A stretch of 61,837 bases of DNA from contig JAJYOI010000005.1 of the NCBI GenBank assembly GCA_021796275.1, positions 1-61,837 on the forward strand, read 5' to 3'. Positions 8,281 to 17,081 of this stretch are shown here, piece after piece; the stretch's first letter is position 1, and the number at the start of each line of letters is the position of its first letter. The notes beneath the pieces were generated by a model. The model did no database searches and had not been told where the DNA came from. It saw only the letters and a list, made by a program, of their open reading frames with translations. The stretch comes from Bacteroidota bacterium. Lineage in GTDB: Bacteria > Bacteroidota > Ignavibacteria > UBA10030 > UBA8401. Both the position numbers and the translations under genes were made by a program.

Positions 8281-10161
8281 TCAATGACGAACGAGAACAA
8301 TCCCCAAGTGTGTGCCGCGCGGGGTTTGCACGTGATAGAAATACAATCCATCAGGAAGAGGAAGCTGCGGAAAGTGCAACGCATGCCGCCCAGAAGAAAT
8401 TTCTGAAGAAAAGATCGTTGAAACGTTCTGCCCCAATTGATTGTAAAGTTTTAGCACAACAAGAGAAGGCTTCGCAAGTGTAACGCCGATATATGCCGGC
8501 GACAGCGCCGATAGCGCTGGTGTAACTGCCGCAAGATTTTGAAGCGGCGCGCGTTCTGGCTCCTTAGGATCGTAAAAACGAACCGCCGTAACATTCGACG
8601 GAAGGCTTTCATTCCATAATCTATCAAGTGATGTGGCAACGTACCACAATTCTGTACCGGGCGATGCAGGAAATTCGTCAACAAGCGAAGTCAAGGTGTC
8701 GGATGTTATGCAAAACAATTCCTTTGCATCGGAAGTTGTCAGATCACTTTGAGAAAACGAGCGATACATCGCAAAACGATATGCGCCGTCTCCGTCATTG
8801 GCATACAACGGAGATTCCCAATGAAGATCTACTTCTCCGCCAGTTTTTGTTGCTTTCAGGTTTTGCGGAGGCAGCGGCGGAACCGCATCTTTCCAACGCA
8901 TTGTCGGAAGCAACGCAGGATAGCTGTAGAAATTATATTTCAACGAATCTTGAAATCCATTCAAATTTCTTGTAATAGATTTCGAGCTGAAAAAAATACT
9001 TCCGCTCACATTTGAAGTTTCACGATTCAGTCTCATTTGGTTTGGCATTTGCGATGCCGACGACCAATGCGGATCTCCACGCCCGTTTCCGTTTCGATAC
9101 GCTGCCTGCCCGATATACAAATCACGTCCGAACGTGTGTTGCGCCCACCACGGTGTCAATAGATCATACGCCGCAGGCGGATTGCCGATGCTCCAGTAAA
9201 TCTGCGGCGTGACGTAATCAATCGTACCGGCACGCAGCCATTCCAATGCATCGCAGTACAATTTGTCGTATGCCTCAAAGCCATTTGTGCCGGCGCCGCC
9301 ATCCGCAATTTTATTTTTCCAAATGCCGAAGGGGCTGATGCCGAACTTCACCCACGGTTTTATAACGCTGATGCTGTCGTGAATCATGTTGACAAGAAGA
9401 TTCACATTGTCTCTTCGCCAATCGGCAAGCTTAGTAAAGCCGCGATTGTAATGAAGGAATGTCAGGCTGTCTTCGTTCGTGATCGGAGAATATGGATAAA
9501 AATAATCGTCAAAGTGGATTCCATCCACATCATACCGGCGAACGACATCAAGAATAACTTTCGTGACATACGCACGCACAGCGGGTAATCCCGGATCCAA
9601 CAGCTTCATCGAGCCAAACGTGAGAAGCCAGTCCGGATGCTGAACGGCAACATGGTTTGGCGCAAGCTGGTAGCTTCCTCTTCCCGATGAAGATTTCACG
9701 GCGCGATACGGATTGAACCACGCGTGCAATTCCATTCCGCGCTTGTGCGCTTCTTCAATGGCAAATTGCAAAGGATCCCACATGGGCGATGGCGCTTTTC
9801 CCTGTTCGCCGGTTAACCAATATGACCACGGCTCAATCGAAGAACGATACAATGCATCGCATTCGGGGCGGACTTGAAAAACGACAGCGTTAATGCCTGT
9901 AGATTTCAAATTGTCCAGAATGGAAATCAATTCTTGTTGTTGAACTGCCGGCGGTTCTCCTTTGTGCAACGGCCAATCTATATCATCAACAGTAGCGATC
10001 CACACGCCGCGGAATTCCCGCTTCGGCGGGAAAACTTCAGCATGAAGTGAACTTACAATGAACAATAAACACAACAACGTCCAATTGACGATTGCCGATT
10101 TACAATTTTCAATTTCCAATTTCTTATTACCTGTTGTCACTCGCCGTTGGCTATTGCTCAT
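8281..10161 (-). CDS. GHL10 (DUF187, YddW/DigH-like) glycoside hydrolase with FN3-like domain and degenerate T9SS-like C-terminus
   Basis: 'KREFRGVWIATV..IDWP', 'FQVRPECDALY.S.IEPWS', 'ELHAWFNPYR', 'DGIHFDDYFYPY', 'FGISPFGIW', 'PQIYW'. Confidence 0.9.
   Translation of the reverse strand: MSNSQRRVTTGNKKLEIENCKSAIVNWTLLCLLFIVSSLHAEVFPPKREFRGVWIATVDDIDWPLHKGEPPAVQQQELISILDNLKSTGINAVVFQVRPECDALYRSSIEPWSYWLTGEQGKAPSPMWDPLQFAIEEAHKRGMELHAWFNPYRAVKSSSGRGSYQLAPNHVAVQHPDWLLTFGSMKLLDPGLPAVRAYVTKVILDVVRRYDVDGIHFDDYFYPYSPITNEDSLTFLHYNRGFTKLADWRRDNVNLLVNMIHDSISVIKPWVKFGISPFGIWKNKIADGGAGTNGFEAYDKLYCDALEWLRAGTIDYVTPQIYWSIGNPPAAYDLLTPWWAQHTFGRDLYIGQAAYRNGNGRGDPHWSSASQMPNQMRLNRETSNVSGSIFFSSKSITRNLNGFQDSLKYNFYSYPALLPTMRWKDAVPPLPPQNLKATKTGGEVDLHWESPLYANDGDGAYRFAMYRSFSQSDLTTSDAKELFCITSDTLTSLVDEFPASPGTELWYVATSLDRLWNESLPSNVTAVRFYDPKEPERAPLQNLAAVTPALSALSPAYIGVTLAKPSLVVLKLYNQLGQNVSTIFSSEISSGRHALHFPQLPLPDGLYFYHVQTPRGTHLGIVLVRH
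10081..10122. repeat. Degenerate 7-bp tandem repeat (6 units) in the 5' coding region
   Basis: ccaattg acgattg ccgattt acaattt tcaattt ccaattt. Confidence 0.55.
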
Positions 10162-10170
10162 TGATAATTG

Positions 10171-12618
10171 TTATTTCTCCAACAACATTTTTTTCGCGTC
10201 AACAAACGAGCCGGATTGCAAGCGGTAAATGTATACGCCGCTCGGCAGCGCCGAAGCATTCCATTCAACCTCATACGTTCCGGAAACTCTTTGTCCATTC
10301 ACCAATGTTGCCACTTCCTGGCCGAGAACGTTATACACTTTCAATGTGACAAATCCGTAATCGGCAATCGTAAACCGTAAACGTGTCGCCGGGTTGAACG
10401 GATTCGGATAATTCTGATCAAGATGATACACCAATGGCTGCATTTCATTCCCTTGTTCAACTCCGGCTGTGCCCTGCCCGACACCGAAAAGCACAACTTT
10501 GAATGGCGAGTTCTGTGCAGTGCTGTATATTTTCAATGTATCCAGAAAAACTTTTGCTGTGTCTGGAGAAAATGCCACTGAAAAACTAAGCGTATCGCTT
10601 TTTGTCAGCGAAAGAGGAAATGTTATTGCCTGCGGCATCGAAAAAGCTTTGCTCTGGTGAACAATGGAATCCACCCGCAATGTGTTGACCGAAGAATTAC
10701 TCAGCGATACTGTTTTTGAAACCGACTGTCCGACATCAATTGTCCCGAAACCGATACCGGTTGCGCGTGCAGTCATCATTGGCGGCGGTGAATTTCCTTT
10801 CACAAAAACTTTCACCAAACTCAACGCTGAATTGTTTGGAAGGAACACAGTATCCGTGAATTGTCCGACAGCGGCGGGAGAAAAATAAACCAGAACTGCG
10901 GCACTGTCACTGACCGTTTCCGGTTTATTATCAGTTGAAGCGTGAAATGGCGCGCCTCCGGCATACGCTGAATCAAGTGTCAAAGTATTTGCTGAATGAT
11001 TGTACACAATCAACGAATCAACAGAAGCATTACCGATAGCAACATCGCCGAGATCAATCGAGAGTCTATTCATGGCAATAAACGGTTTGCCGCTTGGTGC
11101 GACATACGCCCGGCTTGCCGTGCTGCTTTCGTTCCATAATTTATCCAACGAAGTTACAATCGCTTCATATTGTGCGGAAGAAGCGGAAGCAAACGAATCC
11201 TGAAATTGTGTCGTGTCGGTCGCTGTGATTGTGCGAATGTTGCGCGGATCGGCCGCGTTAACTGCCAACAGAGAATTCACAGCGCTGTACACCACATATC
11301 GCCTCGCAGAATCTCCGTCTGCGGCAAGCGCCGGATTCTGCCACTGCAATAAAATTCCGTTTACATTTGCCGTGCCCGCAAGATTTGCCGGCGGCAACGG
11401 CGGAATGGAATCTTTCCACGTCATCGCAGGCATGAGCGTTGGGTATTTGTAGAAATTATTCTTCAACGAATCTGCAAAACCTTTCGGATTGTTGGTAACG
11501 CCGTACGCTGCCCTGAAGAAAATACTTCCCTCCGCAATGCCCGTACGATCCAACCGAATTTGATTCGGCAACTCTGACGATCCCCAATTACTATCCGTGA
11601 TGCGGTACGGTGCTTGCCCAACATACAAATGTCTGCCGTTTTTCACCGAAGCCCACCACGGCGCAAGTTTTCCATAATCTTGTCCGCCGCCAAAGGGCCA
11701 ATACAATTCGGGTCCAATGTAATCAACCCATCCTTGGGCAAGCCACGTCACAGCATCACAATACAAATCATCGTACGCACTCAGCCCGGAAACTCCTGCC
11801 GGAACTCCGCTCTTCCAAATACCAAATGGACTGATACCGAACTTCACCCACGGCTTCACGGCTTGAATGCTGTCATGAACTGCTTTGATAAGAACATTGA
11901 CATTATTTCTTCGCCAATCGCCGATATTTGTAAAGCTCCCGCGGTACAATCTCCAGCTTGCAGAATCCTGATTTGTTATGCCATTGTAGGAATAAAAATA
12001 ATCGTCCCAGTGCACACCATCAATATCGTAGCGCCGCACAACGTCAAGAATAACGCTTAAGTCGTACGCGCGCACATCGGGAATCCCGGGATCGAGCAGC
12101 CATTCGTTGCTGAATTTGAGAAGCCACTCAGGATGTTTCACTGCAACATGATTCGAAGCAAGAGTGTAACTCGGAACTCCGCTCTTTACCGTTTTCACTG
12201 CGCGGTACGGATTGAACCACGCATGCAATTCCATTCCACGCTTGTGCGCTTCGGTAATTGCAAATTGAAGCGGATCCCATAACGGGCTCGGCGCGCTGCC
12301 CTGCGCTCCGGTCAGCCAATACGACCACGGTTCGATTGATGACTGATACAGCGCATCGCATTCCGGCCGAATTTGAAAAACAACCGCGTTAATGCCGATA
12401 GCTTTCAGATTATCAAGAATGGTGATGAGCTGGCTTTGCTGGTACGATGGCGCCGCACCGCGCGCGGGCCAATCAAGGTTCGCAACGGTCGCAATCCATG
12501 CCCCGCGAAATTCACGCTTCGGAGGAACGCTTTGTGCGGATGATATTGCAAATGGCGCTGTAAGCGCCACAAAAACTACAACGAGTGTGAGAAGGAGAGG
12601 TCGTATCAAATTTTTCAT
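10171..12618 (-). CDS. GHL10 glycoside hydrolase paralog with FN3, two Ig-like (ASH/choice-of-anchor D-like) domains and a T9SS type A sorting domain
   Basis: Signal peptide; same catalytic motifs as the neighbour; C-terminal 'YHLDQNYPNPFNPATRLRFTI...LKVYNVLGQEVATLV...LPSGVYIYRL...KKMLLEK'. Confidence 0.9.
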   Translation of the reverse strand: MKNLIRPLLLTLVVVFVALTAPFAISSAQSVPPKREFRGAWIATVANLDWPARGAAPSYQQSQLITILDNLKAIGINAVVFQIRPECDALYQSSIEPWSYWLTGAQGSAPSPLWDPLQFAITEAHKRGMELHAWFNPYRAVKTVKSGVPSYTLASNHVAVKHPEWLLKFSNEWLLDPGIPDVRAYDLSVILDVVRRYDIDGVHWDDYFYSYNGITNQDSASWRLYRGSFTNIGDWRRNNVNVLIKAVHDSIQAVKPWVKFGISPFGIWKSGVPAGVSGLSAYDDLYCDAVTWLAQGWVDYIGPELYWPFGGGQDYGKLAPWWASVKNGRHLYVGQAPYRITDSNWGSSELPNQIRLDRTGIAEGSIFFRAAYGVTNNPKGFADSLKNNFYKYPTLMPAMTWKDSIPPLPPANLAGTANVNGILLQWQNPALAADGDSARRYVVYSAVNSLLAVNAADPRNIRTITATDTTQFQDSFASASSAQYEAIVTSLDKLWNESSTASRAYVAPSGKPFIAMNRLSIDLGDVAIGNASVDSLIVYNHSANTLTLDSAYAGGAPFHASTDNKPETVSDSAAVLVYFSPAAVGQFTDTVFLPNNSALSLVKVFVKGNSPPPMMTARATGIGFGTIDVGQSVSKTVSLSNSSVNTLRVDSIVHQSKAFSMPQAITFPLSLTKSDTLSFSVAFSPDTAKVFLDTLKIYSTAQNSPFKVVLFGVGQGTAGVEQGNEMQPLVYHLDQNYPNPFNPATRLRFTIADYGFVTLKVYNVLGQEVATLVNGQRVSGTYEVEWNASALPSGVYIYRLQSGSFVDAKKMLLEK

Positions 12619-12754
12619 TCGGATAGTATGTTGTGAGAGGAATGTAGTGGATTGAAAAACATATAGAACATAAATTTTCGGTCAGAATATTTGTGCGCAG
12701 AAAATTCCCTTCAACGAATTTTCAGGGATTGATGACGCGAAGGAAAATGCAACT

Positions 12755-12819
12755 GTTTAAAGCTATTCGATTGCTTTAAGTGCCGAAAGCATGACTTTGC
12801 CGCAATCGAACAGCTAAAC
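12755..12819 (-). other. Long imperfect RNA hairpin just 3' of the FadL-like gene (terminator or stabiliser candidate)
   Basis: Minus strand gtttagctgttcgattgc...gcaatcgaatagctttaaac; one position pairs as G-U only on the minus strand. Confidence 0.5.
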
Positions 12820-12822
12820 GCT

Positions 12823-14314
12823 TCAGAAGCGGTACGAAATAGTGAAGTTAATGTTGGTTGTTTTAATTGTCTCGTCGGTGCGCGACGCATCAACGCCGAT
12901 CGGCAGATATGGATCAACGTAGTTGTTGTGATATGTCTTCGTCGAACCAAACGCGATTGCTCCGTCGAGCAGAACATCATTTTGCAAAAGAATACCGACA
13001 CCGCCGGTAATTGCTGTAAGATCGTACGATGACGGATCGCCGTTAAACTTTGACGGGTCTCTGTAATATCCGGCGCGCAGGCTGATACCCGTTGCAGGGA
13101 TTTGAAACTCTGCGCCCAAATGAATATCGGTAGTCGCACGGAACGTGTTCTTCAGTGTTGAATTGGTTTTTTTCCAAATCCGGATTATTCTGCCACTGAA
13201 TTTGGCTCCAATCGGCATACTGAATATCAGCGGCAAGAAGCAATCCATTCACCGGCATGACCGAAGCGCCAACGCCGAATACCCATGGCGAAAGCACGCC
13301 GTAATTATTATCGGTCACTGTGTAGGAATATTGTGTCAGGTCGTTACCGTTCGTGTCGCGCGGAATGTAGCCGTCGTCAAAGACGCTCTGTCCGGAATTA
13401 GTATACGATTCTCGCACGGTGATTGATGTCGGAGTTTTCATTGTAAGTCCGAAGCGAGCGACATCACCGAGCCTGTACATCATACCGAACATCGCATTAA
13501 TGCCGCTTATGTCGCTGGAGACGTCCGAATCAAAATAAAATGTGTTGAATTTCAGATAGGCAGAATCCGTCGGCACCGTCGGACGCGGATCGGAATAGTA
13601 ATTGCTCGTGTCGGCTTCAACATAGTTCCGAACATAGTTGTAGCTCCCCGACAATAAATTGATTGTAATGCCGAACGACAAATCTTTTTCTACGTCGATT
13701 GCGCCAGAGAATGCCCAGTTGCCGAGGCCGCCGCTCTCCCGCGTTTCACCGCTTTGGGTGACGTTCTTCTGGATGATCGTATTGCCGGAATTATCTTCCA
13801 ACGCAACCTGAAAAGGAATGTCGTACTGAGCATTCGGATCATAGAGCGATGAAATAATTGACGACCGTGTATTGAATCCGTTGAAATCAACGACGCTCGT
13901 GAAATCTTTCACGCGGCTGTAACCAAACGCGAACACAAGGCTGCCGCGGACAGTCGGAAACGGAAAAACGAAGCCGAGATCGTTCAGGCTTGTCGCCGAA
14001 TTTTTTCCCGTTGAACTGTACGCCGGAATTCCAAGAAACTGTGCATCGTTGTTCACGGCATTATTCATAATGCCGCCGGTAATTTCGAGGCGGCGCATCT
14101 GCGCCAGACCTGCAGGATTCCAGAACACGGCGCTGTAATCATCAGCCACACCGATATAGGCATTGCCCATGCCCATTGCGCGCGATCCGACGCCGCCGCC
14201 GGTAGAAGAAAACCGCAGGGCGTCTTCAGGAACTTGCGAGAAGGAAAGTGAAAAGAGTGAAATGGTACCGAAGCACAGAATCAAAATTGTCGATTTGAAT
14301 GAAGTCGTTGTCAT
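12823..14314 (-). pseudogene. FadL/OmpP1-like outer-membrane beta-barrel, split by a +1 frameshift in an A7 run (could be a sequencing error)
   Basis: Start MTTTSFK at 14314; 'EDALRFS...GSRAMGMGNAYIGVADDYSAVFWNPAGLA'; removing one T at 13167-13173 joins 'NNPDLEK' to 'TNSTLKNTFRATTDIHLGAEF...TISYRF', giving 496 aa ending in Phe. Confidence 0.8.
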
Positions 14315-14360
14315 ATATATTCCCGGATTTCCAAGTTGAAAACCACGCCAGCGGCGTGTG

Positions 14361-14957
14361 TTATTTCCCGCTTCCGCGTGTTGACCCGGTTTTTCGGGTT
14401 GTACCGGAAGAATCGCTGCCGGAACGCTGACGCTCCTGCGGCTGAGCTGGCTGCGCAGTTTGTTGAGGCTGCTGCGACGCCGATGATGCATTGCCTGTTG
14501 CAGGAGCGGATGACGATCCGCCCGATGGCGCCTGCGGTGCCGGCGATGCACTTGTTCCTCCGCGTGTTTCTCCAACACGGCGGCGCGGCGCTTTTGAGTT
14601 TCCGTTCGATGGCTGAGATGCGGCTGAAGCAGGAAGTGGCGGCGGCGCATACACATTGTACCACCACGGAATGCTTGTGTACGGATTTCGCCAGCCGTAC
14701 GGATCCACAATCATTCCATGCACAGAGTGAACACCGAGCGATTGCATCTCGTCATAGCGGTCGTCTAATTCAGATTGAGAATGACAGGAAAGGCAATTCG
14801 AGCCGTAATTTAATTCCGCGGCAGAAGCGCCGCCGGAAAAATATTCATTGCTGTCATTGGCGGACTCCACGCTTGACGGCGTCATGATCACGGTGTAACA
14901 TCCGCTCAACAAAAGTGCCGTTCCGACAAGAGATCCAACTATCAATGATGGTTTCAT
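14361..14957 (-). CDS. Lipoprotein with one CxxCH motif and a low-complexity C-terminal tail
   Basis: Lipobox LLLSG-C, 'NCLSCHSQ', Ser/Gln/Gly/Pro-rich tail. Confidence 0.75.
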   Translation of the reverse strand: MKPSLIVGSLVGTALLLSGCYTVIMTPSSVESANDSNEYFSGGASAAELNYGSNCLSCHSQSELDDRYDEMQSLGVHSVHGMIVDPYGWRNPYTSIPWWYNVYAPPPLPASAASQPSNGNSKAPRRRVGETRGGTSASPAPQAPSGGSSSAPATGNASSASQQPQQTAQPAQPQERQRSGSDSSGTTRKTGSTRGSGK

Positions 14958-15073
14958 GAGTACTCAGAATAAAAGCATTTCACAACTAATGATTCATTTT
15001 CCGTCTTCTCAATCTTTGACGGAACAAACCGGCAAAATGTTTAACGCCTTGAAGCTCAAACTTGCGAAAGAGG

Positions 15074-15100
15074 TAGACTCCACCTCACAGGTGGAGTCTA
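15074..15100 (-). terminator. Perfect 12-bp hairpin, probable terminator or processing site
   Basis: tagactccacct-cac-aggtggagtcta, 9 nt after the stop at 15110; only a weak U tract. Confidence 0.55.
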
Positions 15101-15109
15101 TCTGATCAT

Positions 15110-16144
15110 TTACCGTCTTCGTCCGCGTGGCGCAGGTGCGCTTTCTCCACCGCCGCCGCCTCGGCTTTCACCGCCACCGCTTCGTGTACGTGGTGCTGAA
15201 TATGACGGCGGCGCACTGCGCTGCGGTGGTTGTGAATTGCTCGGTGGACTGTAACGGTATTGCGGTTGGCGTGTTCGTGCTGTTCTTTGCGGCCCACGAT
15301 TTTGATCCGGCGGATTTGACTGCCTGCCGCTTTGCGTTGCACGTGTCCGCTGCTGCGGCTGACTGCTTCGTGCAGCTTGTCCGTTATCTCCATTATTTCG
15401 TGAACGAGCAGCCGGCGTTGAAACTGATCCGCGTCCTGAACGTGCATTATCTTGTGCCAACCGGTCCCACCACGGCGTCTGACGCGTTCGCGGTGCTTGA
15501 GCTTGTGTTGAGGTTGAACCGGTCGTTGTGGTTCCTGAAACTGTTGTTGTACGATGCCGATAATCTCCCGAAGAGGTACCGACATTCGAACTTGCCGCGC
15601 CTGCAGCCGGAGCCGTGGCGTAAACGCCGCGGGTCATTCCGCCGCCGCGTGTACTGCCAAATGTGCGCGTTCTACCAACCGATCCATTCCCTGTATAAGC
15701 AGAGTATGGATATCCGTAGTAGCCACCGTAATAACCATAATTACCGTAGTACGGATAATAAGGATTATACGGTTGATACCAATATGGATTGTAGTAGTTT
15801 ACGGGATACCATGGATTATACCATGTTGAATACCACGGATCGTATGGATCGTAGTAACTGCGCCAGCCGACCCACCCGTAACTGTATGGGTAGTAAAAAT
15901 CAAATGCGAGATTATAGCGCCACGCACGATAGCCATCATCATCGAAATAATTGTTGATGACCGTCTGCCCGCTCTGAGATGTTGTATCGCTCACTGTCGT
16001 TCCATCCGCAGAGTAATCATAACCTGAATTGTTCTGTGCATTATCATTGTCGCTCATGGTCGCCATTTCAGTGTAGCAACCGCTCACTGCCGCAGCAAGA
16101 GTGAATATTCCTGCTGTCAAAAGGCTTCGCCATAATGTTTTCAT
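15110..16144 (-). CDS. Lipoprotein with a Tyr/Trp/Pro/Gly-rich core and disordered Arg/Ser/Gln-rich tail
   Basis: Lipobox AVSG-C; 'YYDPYDPWYSTWYNPWYPVNYYNPYWY' core; aaggagg SD upstream. Confidence 0.8.
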   Translation of the reverse strand: MKTLWRSLLTAGIFTLAAAVSGCYTEMATMSDNDNAQNNSGYDYSADGTTVSDTTSQSGQTVINNYFDDDGYRAWRYNLAFDFYYPYSYGWVGWRSYYDPYDPWYSTWYNPWYPVNYYNPYWYQPYNPYYPYYGNYGYYGGYYGYPYSAYTGNGSVGRTRTFGSTRGGGMTRGVYATAPAAGAASSNVGTSSGDYRHRTTTVSGTTTTGSTSTQAQAPRTRQTPWWDRLAQDNARSGRGSVSTPAARSRNNGDNGQAARSSQPQQRTRATQSGRQSNPPDQNRGPQRTARTRQPQYRYSPPSNSQPPQRSAPPSYSAPRTRSGGGESRGGGGGESAPAPRGRRR

Positions 16145-16231
16145 TTTCCTATCCTCCTTTCAAAGAGGTAAAACTTGTTTCTCGTACTGCTACAACACTT
16201 CACTGTTCTTTTTCATTCCCGAATGTATGCG

Positions 16232-16996
16232 CTACAACGTGCGCACATACTCAACTTTCAACGTTCTATTTCCAATTGTGACAATATCCTGATTCTTTGC
16301 CAAATTCTTCAAATCGAAGCCAAGCGTAAATCCGTTTCCCCATGACCAGCGGATTCCGGCATTTAAATAGCCTTTCCCTTTTCCTACTGCCCGGGCACCG
16401 GTGTCGTTAAATCCAAAGTCATATTCACACAGAAATGAAATATCAGAACCAAACGATTTTTCTGCGCCAACGAACACATCCGGGTTTTTGTTGCCGTCAT
16501 CCCGTTCCATACTCAGGTTTACGCCGCCATGCAGACTTAAGTTTCCAAAGAGCGAATAATTTTTGCTCGCAACTGCATAGATTCCGCGAGACTTGATCGT
16601 GAATCTATTTGTACTGTCAATGTAGCTTTCTTTTCCCTGCGAATCAAATCCGAGCGCAATCGCCGGCATGGCAACAGTCTCATCGAACAGCCGGAATTTG
16701 ATCATCACACCGGGAAGCCGCTGCCAATTCACTTGATCGGAGCCGATAATTCCTGTGCCGCCGTACGAAATTCCGAAATTCAATCGGTCAAGCGCGCCAG
16801 CGGAAAGCGCAATCATCAAACCGCCCTGCTGAAACATGTCAATATCCATTCCGAATGAACCGCGTTTCAGCAATCCGGCAGTCGGCGTATCAATGACCCA
16901 ACGAGGTTCAACATTCGCATTGTCACCGGCAGAAATCTGTCCAAAGAGCGAAGAATTCAAGAGCATCACCAACATTATCGTTATGACTTTTTTCAC
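16232..16996 (-). CDS. YjbH-like outer-membrane beta-barrel protein
   Basis: Signal peptide, 'VIDTPTAGLL..GSF', alternating beta strands, 'LNAGIRWSW..GFTLGFDLKNL'; GTG start with aaggag SD. Confidence 0.7.
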   Translation of the reverse strand: MKKVITIMLVMLLNSSLFGQISAGDNANVEPRWVIDTPTAGLLKRGSFGMDIDMFQQGGLMIALSAGALDRLNFGISYGGTGIIGSDQVNWQRLPGVMIKFRLFDETVAMPAIALGFDSQGKESYIDSTNRFTIKSRGIYAVASKNYSLFGNLSLHGGVNLSMERDDGNKNPDVFVGAEKSFGSDISFLCEYDFGFNDTGARAVGKGKGYLNAGIRWSWGNGFTLGFDLKNLAKNQDIVTIGNRTLKVEYVRTL

Positions 16997-17014
16997 TTGA
17001 TTCTCCTTGTACTG

Positions 17015-17041
17015 TTAGACTAATTCAGTTTAACGAAGTTT
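17015..17041 (-). promoter_or_regulatory. Candidate sigmaE (ECF)-type promoter of the YjbH-like gene
   Basis: Minus strand AAACTT-16 bp-TCTAA, close to the GAACTT-N16-TCTAA consensus. Confidence 0.45.
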
Positions 17042-17081
17042 ACCATTGCAGTCAATTAAATTCGATTAATTTTCCAACTTT

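Noticed and set aside
9167-9181. 15-nt near-palindrome tacgcc-gca-ggcgga in GHL10, similar to the in-frame element
   Set aside because: Single imperfect unit; the protein is about the same length as its paralog here, so there is no sign of an insertion.
14315-14710. N-terminal 132 aa of the listed 555-aa ORF 13043..14710
   Set aside because: It overlaps the CxxCH lipoprotein in another frame; the signal peptide and family similarity begin at the ATG at 14314.
15106-15957. Long alternative ORFs (15127..15957 +, 15106..15585 -)
   Set aside because: Shadow frames of a GC-rich low-complexity lipoprotein gene, with no motifs or RBS.
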